Positions 24,871 to 36,925 of a stretch of DNA of 64,000 nt are shown in pieces (the stretch's first letter is position 1; the number at the start of each line of letters is the position of its first letter). The stretch comes from Octopus sinensis. Lineage: Eukaryota. The DNA lies in NCBI RefSeq assembly GCF_006345805.1, contig NC_043002.1, forward strand, positions 26,722,001-26,786,000. The letters are read 5' to 3'. The position numbers and the translations under genes are program-made. Under the pieces are notes generated by a model. It saw only the letters and a list, made by a program, of their open reading frames with translations. It made no database searches and had not been told where the DNA came from.

Positions 24871-25929
24871 TATATATATATACTACATAAACTCTATCTC
24901 TCCATCTTTCGCACCCAGACACACACACGCACACACATACACACACACACACACACATACACACAGAAACACACACACGCATATATGATCAGACCACTTC
25001 AAATCTCACTATCTAGAGGTTTCGTACCCAGACTCTCCTATCCTATAGTGATCTGTATTATTGGTGAAATTTCTTGGGAGGTTGGATGAAACAACTGTCG
25101 GGGTTTGACTGAAATACATATTTAAGTGAATAAAATATGGCTACTAATATGAGTCTATTGCGTACTAGCACAATATGTGTTGCTCATCATTATATCTCAT
25201 CTCTGTAAAGAGAGAGTTTGAATAATCGTCAATCGCCAAATACAACGATTCAGCCCCAACATAGTGCAGGTGTGATGAAATTCTTCCGTAAACAAAATCG
25301 CGGTTAGTAGCAGGTTTTATTATTCATTATTGGTATTCGTTAATTGTAAGCAGTTCTTTTATTGGTGACTGCAATGTGAATTATTAGCAACCGAGTATAT
25401 TGATAGAAAGAGGAATATTCATATATATATATATAACGAAAAAAAATTAAAGATTTGAATTGAATTTGTACAGATGTTAGATGGCAATTAACATCCAGTA
25501 TATCACACTTGTGACATGTCGAGATATGAATGCAGAACGTATAGGAAAGTCAGAAGTGTTGACCAAAGTTTAAAAATGTTAAAATTTCGTAAATACAATT
25601 TCAAAACTGTTCATGATTCTGGACTAAAAAGAAAAAGTAAAAATGAAATATCTTTTGAAACTATGAACTGTTTTCTCTCTTTCAAAGAAATTTCCTAGAG
25701 TGGTAAAATTAGCTTAATTAATTTGTGCTTCGTGTTATACCGTGCCAATGATTTCAAAGGATAATGAAATAGTTGTATGCACGTTTATCAACACCTAAAA
25801 ACAACTTCAGGAACTTTTAAAAAATGTATGTAACAAAATTTTAGAAATTGAATATGCAATTTCTTCAACTTAAAGTAGCTTAACCTAGAAGAGTTTCTCT
25901 CCCCTTTAATGGTATCAGCAAAAGCAAAC

Positions 25930-26061
25930 CAAGTGTTCAAAATGCTCTGATTGCTTTTCTAAAATTATCCACAAATAACAGCCGGTAAGGGTGGCGGACA
26001 AATGAATATAAAATTTGTCTATTGGAACTCGTCTCGACGATAGCACAATAGGAAATAGCAT
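25930..26061 (-). CDS. Candidate internal exon (phase 0-0) of the minus-strand gene
   Basis: ggttttctag| acceptor; MLFPIVLSSRR...GCYLWIILEKQSEHFEHL resembles recalled FANCA LLSS...CAAILECLEK; donor GTTTGC is weak. Confidence 0.3.
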
Positions 26062-27069
26062 CTAGAAAACCTTATTTGCAATCAGGATGCATATGCTAAA
26101 ACTTGTTGCGAAACGTTTTCGTAGTAAAAAACATCAACAGTAAATAAAAAAGAAATGTTATGCAAGGCGAAATGTCCTGGGATTTCTTTACCGGCATGTA
26201 AGTAATTTCTTTCTCTTTTCTCAACTGCTAAACAATTCAGGATTTAGTATGAAAAACAAAAGGAGACAAATGGGAATAAATGTAATGTCGTTTTAAACTG
26301 TGAACTATTTTCCCTCTTAAAAATAAAAATAAAAGCATTTTATAAAATGTTGAAATTAGCTCCATTAATTCGTCTTTCAAGTTATGTCGTGTCGACGATT
26401 GCAAATGAGAATCGAATAGTACTGTACACGACTGCCAACGACTAAAGGCTTTAAAATATTTCGGAACATCATTTTATTCTCTGCAACAAGAAAAAGGGAT
26501 CAGCATTTAGAAATTAAATATACGTATTCTTCAACTTAGCTTAACATAGAAGACATTTTCTGCCCTTTAATTGTCTCACCAGAAACAAACTACGTGTTCG
26601 CAATTTCAATGACTTAACATTTAGCGAACAGAAAGAAACACGAATTAAAAGTTATAAACGTATATACTAAATATAACACCAGTACTGGACACAAAATTGG
26701 TACTCAGATTGTAAAATTAATGGCTAAGTTTAATCCTCTACTTTTTGTAGAACTTAAAATACCATTACCTTATTTCGATTTATGTGAGGTAGTGTACTGG
26801 AATGTAAAATTTCTATTGCGAACCCGTAGCATAGTCAGTACGACTCTGTTCTACTCAGTACACTTTCGATGACGTCATTCATGTTTCATTGATTTTTGAA
26901 ATACATGAATTTCTCCCGAGAATATATCCATAGCAAAAGATCCCCATCCGCGTGTACACGAACCTGTTAAATATGACGTCCCCGCAGATATTTTATGCAG
27001 CTTTAACTCTAGCTTATTTTTTATTCCAATTACAACTGGCTTCCGACTTTCTCCTAAGTAAGACAATGG

Positions 27070-27440
27070 GTGGTCCTAGTTATGGATGGAACTTTCTGGA
27101 GGGGGTAGACAAGACTGAGTGATCTGGATTTCGGTGAGAACATCGTATTGGTGGAAAAAAACAGTGGACTGCAGCATTGGAAAAGCAGTAGTAGGGTGTT
27201 AGTGTAGGTGCACCGTCTGGTCAACGTCAGTCATCAACACTGTTGTAAAATTTCCTGTATAGTTGTTCTCCTTATCGCAACCTTTGCCAGTGGTACTTCG
27301 CAAAGCAAAGTGAGGATGGATAGGAATATCTTGAGGGACAACAGACATCGTTGTACCAGTTAGGAAGTTATTCTGAGAAGAGCAAGGTCACGACTACTTG
27401 AAGAGATAGTAGCACAGCATGGTGTATGCTTGGTTGATCA
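27070..27440 (+). mobile_element. Decayed RTE-type LINE fragment
   Basis: LSDLDFGENIVLV (cf. DLDFADDI) and ILRRARSRLL (cf. IRRRRWRWLGH). Confidence 0.4.
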
Positions 27441-27761
27441 TATACTCCGTTTAGCCGACCAACAGCACTCGAAAGTAAGTATGAAAAAGTGAGATAAGTA
27501 TTACATATTTGCAGTACACAGTTCGTCTTTAATTGCCACTAATAGTTTTATATGTAGAGACATATCCCAAACATATATTCATCAAGCATATATTTTCTTA
27601 CATTTCATGAAAATATATTTATACATATGCTTGCAAACGCTGAAATATATTTTGAAGAATTGGAAAATTCCGCTTAATTCTCATTAAATTGTTAATATAA
27701 TTCCAGCCTTATAATTTAAGAACTGCCTTCTCAGTTTTTTTCGCGTTTTTTTCTGCTATTC

Positions 27762-27831
<70 letters not shown>

Positions 27832-27844
27832 GTGTGTGTGTGTG

Positions 27845-27981
27845 TATCTTTCTGTCGAAGAGCGTAGGCTCGAAACGTAAAAGTCTTGTTCTATTTCTAT
27901 TCCTGAGCGCCATACTAATACATTTGTTTTGTTTGTACTCCACCTGCCTTCGTCTTTTGTTTATTTTCGTAAACCTTCCCG

Positions 27982-27985
<4 letters not shown>
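27845..27985 (+). ncRNA. Short microsatellite-embedded element with minimal hammerhead-ribozyme-like motif (27848-27883)
   Basis: cttt-CTGTCGA-a-gagc[gtag]gctc-GAAAC-GT-A-aaag: stem I cttt/aaag, perfect stem II, 2-bp palindromic stem III; position 6 is U instead of the conserved A. Confidence 0.5.
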
Positions 27986-28055
<70 letters not shown>

Positions 28056-28061
28056 GTACGT

Positions 28062-28321
28062 ATATATTACAGACAAGAAAATAACTTTTGAACACAGTAA
28101 ATCTGTATGAACAAAGAAAGATTGGGTATTTATCCGTGTACGAAGCAAATAATTGCCAACAGGTGCCTACGAGTACCGAACATACAACCCCGCAGATATC
28201 GGCTGAATGTTCCCGTAGCCGCCTTGGCAATTCTTTCTCCTTTACGGATAAATACTCAATGACTCTCTTCTGTTCTTACAACTTTACTGCGTTCAAAATT
28301 TACTTTCTCCTATGCAATATA
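28062..28321. mobile_element. MITE, ~95-bp imperfect TIRs and 64-bp spacer, in TA context
   Basis: 28076-28159 is the imperfect reverse complement of 28224-28308. Confidence 0.75.
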
Positions 28322-28337
28322 ACAACCACATTCGCGG

Positions 28338-28465
<128 letters not shown>

Positions 28466-28773
28466 GTAGTGCATATGAATGTGTTATATGATATCACTGT
28501 GAGCAGGCAAACTTTTATTCTTTAGTAGCAATATCAACCTGTTCTGTTATATTTTCCGTGTGAACAATATAAGTTAGTTTTCTCAAGTTTCTGTTTACAT
28601 TAAACAACATATTTGCTGCACTGTCTATTTTTCCTTTATGTTATTCAACAGAATTTATAATTAACATAATCTTTTTTGTTTTCTTACGCTTGACATTTTT
28701 ACAAGAATGTTTTCATAAAATGTGTATGATATAATGAATTAAAATAGACCGTTATGAATAAATTGAAGGCTAC

Positions 28774-28870
28774 TATATTCATATGATATATGGTATAAGT
28801 GATTAGAAGTAACAGCTGGCTTTGGATAAAGAGATAGGCTGCATTTGTATCTTCACTTTCAAACTTATAA
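28774..28870 (-). CDS. Candidate internal exon (phase 2-0)
   Basis: Strong poly-T acceptor tttttttttatgatatgtag|t; YKFESEDTNAAYLFIQSQLLLLITYTIYHMNI; donor GTAGCC is weak; phase fits neighbours. Confidence 0.25.
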
Positions 28871-29041
28871 CTACATATCATAAAAAAAAATATGTTTACA
28901 CAAAATTGGTAGCATGAATATATCATTTTGCTACAATATTGTTAATTGGAGAAAATGAATGTTTTGTCTATAGACATTTCATGGAAAATTGTTTTTGAAT
29001 TTTCTTTGACTTTTCTTCTGATCAACTGAAACCACATAATC

Positions 29042-29516
29042 CAGGGTGGGGCGGAGAGGACGGACGGTTTTGAATACTTCAAATAAATCATTCATTTTAG
29101 CTGCAAACAAATTTTATTGACATCGATGTGTTTGTATTGAACACACGTTTATCAAAATCAAAAGTGGAAAACAACATCCAAACATTTGGAGTCCGATTTT
29201 ATTGATGCATTTCTCAAAGCGTTCTCGGAAGTTGGCCTCCACTCTATCCAGCATTGATCTTTCGATCTGGGCGTCTTACCCGCGAATAATTTCCTTCAAA
29301 TCGTCCAAAGTTTATGTGCATAAACACGTGCCTGGGGTTTCCCAACAAGAAATCATCACGCATGTACAAATCAGAGGAAGGACCGAGGGGACCAAGGAAT
29401 GTCAGAAAACCTGGAAATGAGGTGGTCACCGTTGAGAGGGCGAAGAACGGCCATTGATGCTCTGGATGTGTGGGCCGTCGCCCTAACCTGCTGAAACCAT
29501 ACACGTCGAATATGTT
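29042..29516 (-). mobile_element. Tc1/mariner-superfamily fragment (WFQQDGA-type, DD41D/rosa-like): C-terminal transposase + one TIR
   Basis: VWFQQVRATAHTSRASMAVLRPLNGDHLISRFSDIPWSPRS then RVYAHK...MLDRVEANFRERFEKCIN; terminus cagggtgggg at 29042; truncated by a SINE. Confidence 0.75.
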
Positions 29517-29519
29517 GGG

Positions 29520-29740
29520 GGGGAGGGGAAAAACTCAGACTCACAAACATATACACATACGTACGTATATAAATACATATATACGACGAGCTACTTTCAG
29601 TTTCCGTCTACCAAATCCACTCACAAGCCTTTGGTCGGCCCGAGGCTATAGTAGAAGACACTTGCCCAAGGTGCCACGCAGTGGGACTAAACCCGGAACC
29701 ATGTGGTTGGTAAGAAAGCTACTTATCACACAGCCACTCC
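29520..29740 (-). mobile_element. SINE family A, 5' half
   Basis: Matches 3085-3240. Confidence 0.85.
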
Positions 29741-29921
29741 ATTTATAGTATAATATAAAAGCATAATGGATTCTCATATGTTTACAATTTGAAATACTCG
29801 CCTTTGAAAAGTACAGGTCGATTTGTATTTTATTCAGCAGACAACGAGGACGTGCCATGCTGTAATGCTGAGGAGAAATCTATACTTTCTGTTATATATG
29901 ATATATTTCCTAAGTACATAC

Positions 29922-29997
29922 TCTTTGAGTATACTACGGATCCAATATGGACCAAGTGGGACTTTGGAGAAATATGTGAGTCTTACATATTGAATAG
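29922..29997 (-). CDS. Candidate internal exon (phase 1-2)
   Basis: taag|ct acceptor, ga|GTATGT donor; IQYVRLTYFSKVPLGPYWIRSILK (P.W[IL], cf. recalled FANCA PNPDWL). Confidence 0.35.
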
Positions 29998-31117
29998 CTT
30001 ATGTGATTGTTTAGAAAGAGGCACATATGAGGTTACCACCTGGTAGATGTTTACACTGACAGAAATAGTTAACAATTATTACTACCGTATTCATAAGAGT
30101 AGGACATATTTTATGTTTCTCTTCAAATTTTTTGATACAGGAAAGAAATGGATGTACTTTGCTGAGATTTCTTTCATGTTAATTTGTTCAGCGTTGTTAG
30201 CCTAAGACTCTACTATAGCAAAATAGTGACATATATATGTCCTAAAGGCTTCTGCCTATTTTTAATCCACTAGAATTGGATCTCGAGAAAACTGTAGAAG
30301 CAAACACTGGCGTAAGATGTCGCGCCGTGGAATCGAATTTACAACCTTCATAACCATATGGCTAAACGACATTTTCTTTTGAAGCTAACACAGTTCACAT
30401 GAAACAATTTTTCAAAGACTTTGCTCTTTAAGCAGTTACGTATTTACACAAGCAAAACGTGAGTCACGAGATAATGAAGATTTATTCGAAATTTCATAAT
30501 CTGGTCATTAAAGTTTGATGTTCATGTGTGAAACTAACACACACACATACAAACTCACACACATACGCACACGCACACGCACACATTGTGAACTATCGAA
30601 TTCTGTTGCTATCATTTTGTTGCTTCAGGTTTATATTTACTAGGTGGTCGTAACAACCGTCCGTTGTTTATACGATTATGTAAAATGTAATCCCAAATCA
30701 GTAATACTATAGCATATGTCAGGCAATTGGGAATGGAGAGATTTATGGCGTAAATTCTATACAAACTTAATTACATAAGTTCATACAATTTCTCTATTCT
30801 TACATTCCTATATGCTTCACAACCTTTTGTCATAAAACAAATTGCAGTTACATTACGCAGTAATATCCTCAAATGACTATTTAGTGTAAGCTTTAATAGA
30901 ATATACCTAGTTTAAAATTATGCTATTATAGTTGTGTTGAATGTCAGTAGATGAGGAATGGCATGTTTTATTGTAGAATGTTAGTAAATATGTGGGTGAA
31001 GACAATGCAGTGTACTTAACAAGTTCGATATTCAACCATGCTATATTCTGATTTCAATTCGCCTACTACACGTAAGCTCCGCCTTCCACGTTCTCACACA
31101 CTCTCACACAAGTCCGG

Positions 31118-31492
31118 ACACTCCGTCGCTTACGACGACGAGGGTTCCAGTTGATCCGATCAACGGAAGAGCCGGTTCGTGAAATTAACGTGCAAGTGGC
31201 TGAGCACTCCACAGACACGTGTGGGCTTAACGTAGTTCACAGGGAGATTCAACGTGATACAGAGACAAGGCTGGCCCTTTGCAATACAGGTACAACAGAA
31301 ACAGGAAGAAAGAGTGAGAGAAAGTTGTGGTGAAAGAGTACAGCAGGATTTGCCACCACCCTTTGCCGGACCCTCGTGGGGCTTCAGGTGTTTTTGATCA
31401 ATAAACACTCCCAACGCCCGGTCTGAGAATCGAAACCGCGATCCTATAACCGCGAGTCCGCTGCCCTAACCAATGGGCCATTGCGCCTCCAC
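31118..31492 (-). mobile_element. Full-length tRNA-derived SINE family C
   Basis: Head gtggaggcgcaatggcccattggttagggcagcggactcgcgg...ggtttcgattctcagacc followed by a ~300-bp non-tRNA body. Confidence 0.85.
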
Positions 31493-32085
31493 CTCACGCA
31501 AGTACATATACAGATACATGCACGTGCGCCTACAGACATACACATAGGTATTTGGTTATTGACTGTGTCCTTAGCTGTGTTTCGATCGCTTAAGCGTCAA
31601 TGAGTGGCGGCTTCGATGGTACGAGAAAACATACATAGATTTATGTGCAGCTTTCATCGGGCACATCCGCATATGAATTGTGATATATTGTATATCCTGG
31701 TGCATTCTGTGGGAGATTCTGCAACGATAAATCTATCTTCATTTTTGATAAAGGAAACCATTCAATTAATTGATATAATCTTAATTCCAAATAGCGATTA
31801 TGCTACATGGAAAATATTAATTTTAATAGGACAATAACTTAAGATTTTCTGCTACTGAAGTCTTTTAATTGATATTCTTTCCTCAGCAATGCATAATTTG
31901 CTTAATTTGCTTTGCTATAGATTTAAATATAGATTTTTAGACAATATTTCATGTTCCTGTTCTTGCGTGTCCTATTTCTAGATTGGCGCAATAATATTGG
32001 TTAGAGTATTTCTCAGCATCTAAACGAATTCAAATGTTATATACATTTGGTTTCGAAAGGGAATTTCCAAAGTTTCAAACGCTAC

Positions 32086-32328
32086 TTATTACTTTAAGTA
32101 GTAGGCTCAGGAAAAAGCATAACTCAAATGGCATGCTTTCTGGATTTCTGAGCCGGAGGAGAAAATGGGGAAAGTATTGTTGTCCCCACACTGAAGACAT
32201 GGTCACAAAGCCTTCAATATAATGGACTAGATTAAAGATAGCAACTTTTGACCTTGTTGAAAAGGCTCTAATGCCGTGTTTGGAACATCTATGACATACG
32301 GAACGCCGACCGAACAATGAAGAGCCAT
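32086..32328 (-). CDS. FANCA: Candidate internal exon (phase 1-1), FANCA-like (tentative)
   Basis: ctacag|at acceptor; 80 open codons GSSLFGRRSVCHRCSKHG...TMSSVWGQQYFPHFLLRLRNPESMPFEL, resembling recalled FANCA [30 protein letters not shown]; donor choice (32086 or 32093) uncertain. Confidence 0.5.
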
Positions 32329-33517
32329 CTGTAGTTCCTGATATACTATGGTTGATCTATGTACCTTGCTGTACATACATAGAATTAACTTGGCATCGGA
32401 ATAAGTATAACGAAGAAACTAATACTGCTCACCCTACATGAGATCTAACAGTTCCCTTTATTAAAACATAACCATCTATGAATAAAAACGTAATTTTCAT
32501 TGAGTTGAGGCGCATTCCACACTGCAGGATCGATCCTGAAAACACATATTTTCAAAGAAACATCTTTCAATTACAACCAATGTCAGCTTTTCTTCGGGAA
32601 AAGCAACGACGAGTAATATTTTTATTCTTTGGAAATTCTCTGACATAATAAATCAGTTAAGATCCATCTAACGTAAAAAAAGAATTATTGCATTGGTAAT
32701 CAAAGCAATGGTATTTTAAATACGGAAGGATTTGAAAATGGAGGCAAGCGTCAGATAAATGTTATTACATTAACAATATTTATGAGGGAGGGAAATGACG
32801 CGGATATTATTGCATGTAGGATTTTAACAATATTAACAGCCTATTCAAAATCCTTTAATGACTTTTAAATGGCCAACAAACTAAAACAAGTGGTGAGCAT
32901 ATGTAATTTTATCAGACATATTCTTTCTCTTCCCATCCATACTTTTATTTATGGTGTTAACTTCCTTGTTCACTATGCATATGAATGAATGTGTTTTCCA
33001 TTTGACATTGCGCGCTGAGACTCACGCGATAGATATGCACATATACGCACACACAATTACAATATTATACTCGCTATCAAGCGGATATTACCACATAGAT
33101 GCACACTTGCCTGTCATGACGACCATTCATAATTAACATATATTATCATAATGACTTTCTGTGAATTTGATGATTGTAGTGTGCTGCATAAATAGTGTAC
33201 ACAAGAACAACAACAACGATAATAATACTCTTATAACATCCTATTCGTGCGATGCACCGATTCTTTGCCATTCACTTACAATACCACAGGCACATGCAAC
33301 GACATATATCATTCTCTCTCTCTCTGTCTCACCCTGACACATATATACATGTTTATCTTTAGTCGAACGAATCGACTCAGTTGCTTCCACTTTTTCAAGC
33401 CTGTTACTTATTCTATCGATCCCTAACTCCGAACAGGAACGTAAACACACCAGCACTGGTAATCAGGCAATGGAGGGGCAAACGCATGTACACATAGATA
33501 TATGCGTATACATAAAT

Positions 33518-33560
33518 ACATACATACATACATGCACGCATACATACATACATACATACA

Positions 33561-33592
<32 letters not shown>

Positions 33593-33616
33593 CATACATA
33601 CATACATACATACACA
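33518..33616. repeat. (TACA)n microsatellite
   Basis: Seen directly. Confidence 0.95.
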
Positions 33617-33794
33617 CGCGCGCACATACATTTCGCTTAGGCATTGCGAAACTAATAACCTGGTGTAGAGGTCATTATACCTATGCTCCTGAACGAGGGG
33701 TTAGTCGACTATAGAGCGGAAGTAAGAAAAAAGGGATGAAAAAACGAATACAGGAAGATAATCGTTTATTCCTTTGCCATCTCTTTTTTCTCAT

Positions 33795-33819
33795 CTCTCT
33801 CTCTCTTTCTTTCTCTCTT

Positions 33820-33870
<51 letters not shown>

Positions 33871-33890
33871 ATATGTGTGTGTATGTGTGA

Positions 33891-33968
<78 letters not shown>
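33795..33968. repeat. Compound (CT)n(TA)n(TG)n(TA)n microsatellite
   Basis: Seen directly. Confidence 0.9.
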
Positions 33969-33971
<3 letters not shown>

Positions 33972-34270
33972 GGTAAGTAGCTTGCTTACCAGCCACACGG
34001 TTCCGGGTTCAGTTCCAATGCGTGGCATCTTGGGCAAGTGTCTTCTGCTATAGCTGCGGGCCGACCAATGCCTTGTGAGTGGATTTGGTTGACGGAAACT
34101 GAAAGAAGCCGGTCGTATATATCTATATATATATATATGTATTTATGTGTGTGTATATGTTTGTGTGTTTGTCCCCCTAGCATTGCTTGACAACCGATGC
34201 TAGTGTATTTAGCGGTTCGGCAAAAGAGACCGATAGAATAAGTACTGGGCTTACAAAGAATAAGTCCCGA
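33969..34270 (+). mobile_element. SINE family A, slightly truncated at both ends
   Basis: tggtaagtagcttgcttacc...gccttgtgagtggatttgg...gcttacaaagaataagtccc. Confidence 0.9.
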
Positions 34271-34584
34271 CTAAAGGATATATCATGGGTCCGCCTGATT
34301 TGAGTACCAAGAAACACGTAATAAGTTGTTATTAAGTGAGCGACGGTTTATAGAGCGTCAACTAGCATTATCCAGAGTTTATTCCGCGCACTTCTTCACT
34401 ATTTCCATATTCCCAGTTTTATATTTAGAAATTATATTCAATTGAGATTTTGATTGAGCTCAAGGCACCTGCATAACGTATTGCGCAGCTGAATCGGAAC
34501 AGGGAAACATGATTGCAAATAACTAATATACCTCCAAATAAACGAATGATGTGCGAAACTGGTATTATTCTTTGAAAATTTTAG

Positions 34585-35050
34585 ATGGCGAATTAGAAGA
34601 ATCGTTAACACGTCACTCAGAAGGCTTTGTACATTTCTTGCGTTCTGAGATTAAATTCCATCGAGGTCGACTTTGCCTCTCATCCATTCTGGGTCGATAA
34701 AATAATTACCATTTGAGCACTGGGGTCTATCAATTCGATTTTCCCCTTACCTCAAAATTGCTGTCCTACCAAAAACTAGACGGAATTATTCTTTCAAACA
34801 TTGAGTCGGTGAGCTGGGGGAAACATCAGCGCGTGGTTCATATGCTTCGTAGCATGTTTTCGCCTCTATAGTCTGAGTTTAAATTTAACAGAGGTCAAAT
34901 TTGCCCTTCCTTTCAGCGTCGGAAAAATAAGTACATATTAAGCACAGGGGTCAACTTTGCTCTTCATCCCTTCGAGGTCGATGAAATATTTACCAGTTGC
35001 GCACTGGGACTGAAATAGTTGGCCTTGTGGCTAAATTTAAAACTATTATA
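34585..35050 (+). mobile_element. Two or three tandem diverged SINE family B copies
   Basis: Repeated gttctgag.t.aaatt...ggtc(g/a)actttgc.t.tcatcc motifs at ~34640, ~34875 and ~34950. Confidence 0.7.
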
Positions 35051-35761
35051 TTCTGGAGAGCTGTTGACATGAGAAATTCTCTAAGATCAAACAAAATATT
35101 ATTAATGCTTTCGTAATTAGTTTGATACATTTAAGACGGAAAGATGTGAAATGGCGACAGGCCTCAGATAAATATTATAACATTAACACAATTTATGGGA
35201 AAATGAAATGACGGGGATCATCTTGCTTGAAATATTTAACGAAATTTAGAGCTCATTGAAAACATTTACTGCATTTTCTATATCCAAAAACAAAATTGAT
35301 GATGCGCATATATATATGATAATCACATATTTTCTACACGTAGCCTTTCATTATGTCTTTTCATACTGTGAGCTTCGCCGTTCTTTTTATTTATGGTGAG
35401 ATTATATCATATTTATCTTACCTATTGACACAAACACGAACAGTTATAATGTTATGTATATTCATATTAGAAGGCTAGTTATTATACGCATATAAATAGC
35501 ACATATATCAGCATGCAACACATTGCACTTTTCTTTAATTACGTTATAGTTTAATACTAACTAACGAAATTTCACGGCATATTTCAATATCCTTTTATCG
35601 TTTTCCTACATATATTTGCGAAGTCACCACGCCGTTATTTAGAATTGCAAAACAATTCTCTTTCCTATAGAATGAACAACCGAACGAGGGACGAACCACC
35701 GATTAGACTGTCGACCTTTATATAAACAGCCGCTCACAAATATATATATGCGTATATATAG

Positions 35762-35952
35762 TTAATCCAAACATGAAAACACAAAGAGAATACACAACAT
35801 CGTGAGGATGTGGAACAAGTATAGTGTTATTGGACGCTCAGGAAAGGAAAGAAAGCAGGAGGAATTAACGTTTCGAGCGGACTTCTTCGTCAGAAACATA
35901 GAAAAAGGAATGATCCAAGGAAGGGAAGACGGAGGAAAAAAATCGCCAACGA
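35762..35952 (-). ncRNA. Short microsatellite-embedded element with hammerhead-like motif (35862-35897), related to 27845-27985
   Basis: Minus strand: gttt-CTGACGA-agaagtccgctc-GAAAC-GT-T; canonical core, imperfect stems I and II; shares downstream ttcctgagcg motif. Confidence 0.5.
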
Positions 35953-35968
35953 TACACACACACACACA

Positions 35969-36008
<40 letters not shown>

Positions 36009-36312
36009 ACACACACACACACACGCACACACACATATATATATATATGAAAAAGTGCGCTTATTTTAAAAGACACCAACTTTGCTAAATATCGGAGTTA
36101 AAACATTCCGAAACAACAGAGGTTGAGACTATATTTACGCAGGCATGGCTGGAAAGAAATTAAATGAAATAAGGATTGACTCTTACTTCTGCAAAAATGC
36201 AAGAAGGAATGCTGGTTAACGTGATATCATGATTTCGAAATTAGCGTCAAAAACACGGTTCGGTCAAGTCTACTATTAAACAAACATTTAAATATAACTT
36301 CGACCGATGTCT

Positions 36313-36453
36313 GACTTCGTTCCAGTGCCCTAGCCGCACTAAGAAAAACGAAATTAAGCGAATACAAATTTATAAAAATTAATGAAAAGCATTAATACTC
36401 ATGAAAGATGTTAGTCCTAATGGCCGCGAACTGAAGCCGTGTAGGCCAAATTA

Positions 36454-36485
<32 letters not shown>

Positions 36486-36683
36486 ACAATGGCGCTTTTC
36501 TTTAAAAGGTATCAGCTCTGCTAAATATCGGAGTTTAAACACTCTGAAGCCACAAAAGTTAACACTTTAGCTTGCGATCTCTAACATGAATATCATCAGT
36601 ATTAATGTTCTTTATTTGCTTTTATAAATTTGTATTTGCTTTATTTCGTTTTTCTCAATGCGCTAGGGCACTGAAACGAACTC
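36313..36683. mobile_element. MITE, ~100-bp imperfect TIRs
   Basis: 36313-36414 is the imperfect reverse complement of 36581-36683; the interior contains (TA)n and a ~70-bp segment similar to 36055-36125. Confidence 0.75.
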
Positions 36684-36795
36684 ATTCCACTAATTCAGAG
36701 TCTTTTAACAAACGTCAGATGGCTTTGAATCCTTGTAATTGAACTATCATCGAAGTTTCCACTGAATTGTTTTCATGAGACGAAGACGACCGAAC

Positions 36796-36925
36796 CAATT
36801 GTACAAAGCCTCTGTCTGACGTCACCTAGAGTTCGCTGTGAATCATTTATTCTCAGAGCTGATGTCTTGCAACGTCTTGACTTAGCCAAGATCCACTGTG
36901 ACTGTGTTCGTATTGTGAGGTTCCT
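36796..36925 (-). CDS. Candidate internal exon (phase 0-1), FANCA-like (tentative)
   Basis: Good acceptor ttttctcccttgtgctgaactgcag|; RNLTIRTQSQWILAKSRRCKTSALRINDSQRTLGDVRQRLCTI; QR.L...R..L..I spacing matches recalled QRELLMYKRILLRL; donor weak (GTTCGG, or GTGACG further 5'). Confidence 0.4.

Noticed and set aside
26870-26877. Perfect CRE palindrome TGACGTCA (also 36817-36824)
   Set aside because: One or two 8-mers in 64 kb is near chance expectation, no promoter context, and the second lies in a candidate exon
29789-30046. Plus-strand 85-aa ORF with cag/GTGAGT signals
   Set aside because: No plus-strand partner exons or homology, and it overlaps a minus-strand candidate that fits the exon chain; cannot be fully excluded
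31415-31492. tRNA gene
   Set aside because: The tRNA-like A/B boxes run into a 300-bp SINE body with no closed acceptor stem or poly-T terminator; it is a SINE head. The same applies to family A and B heads
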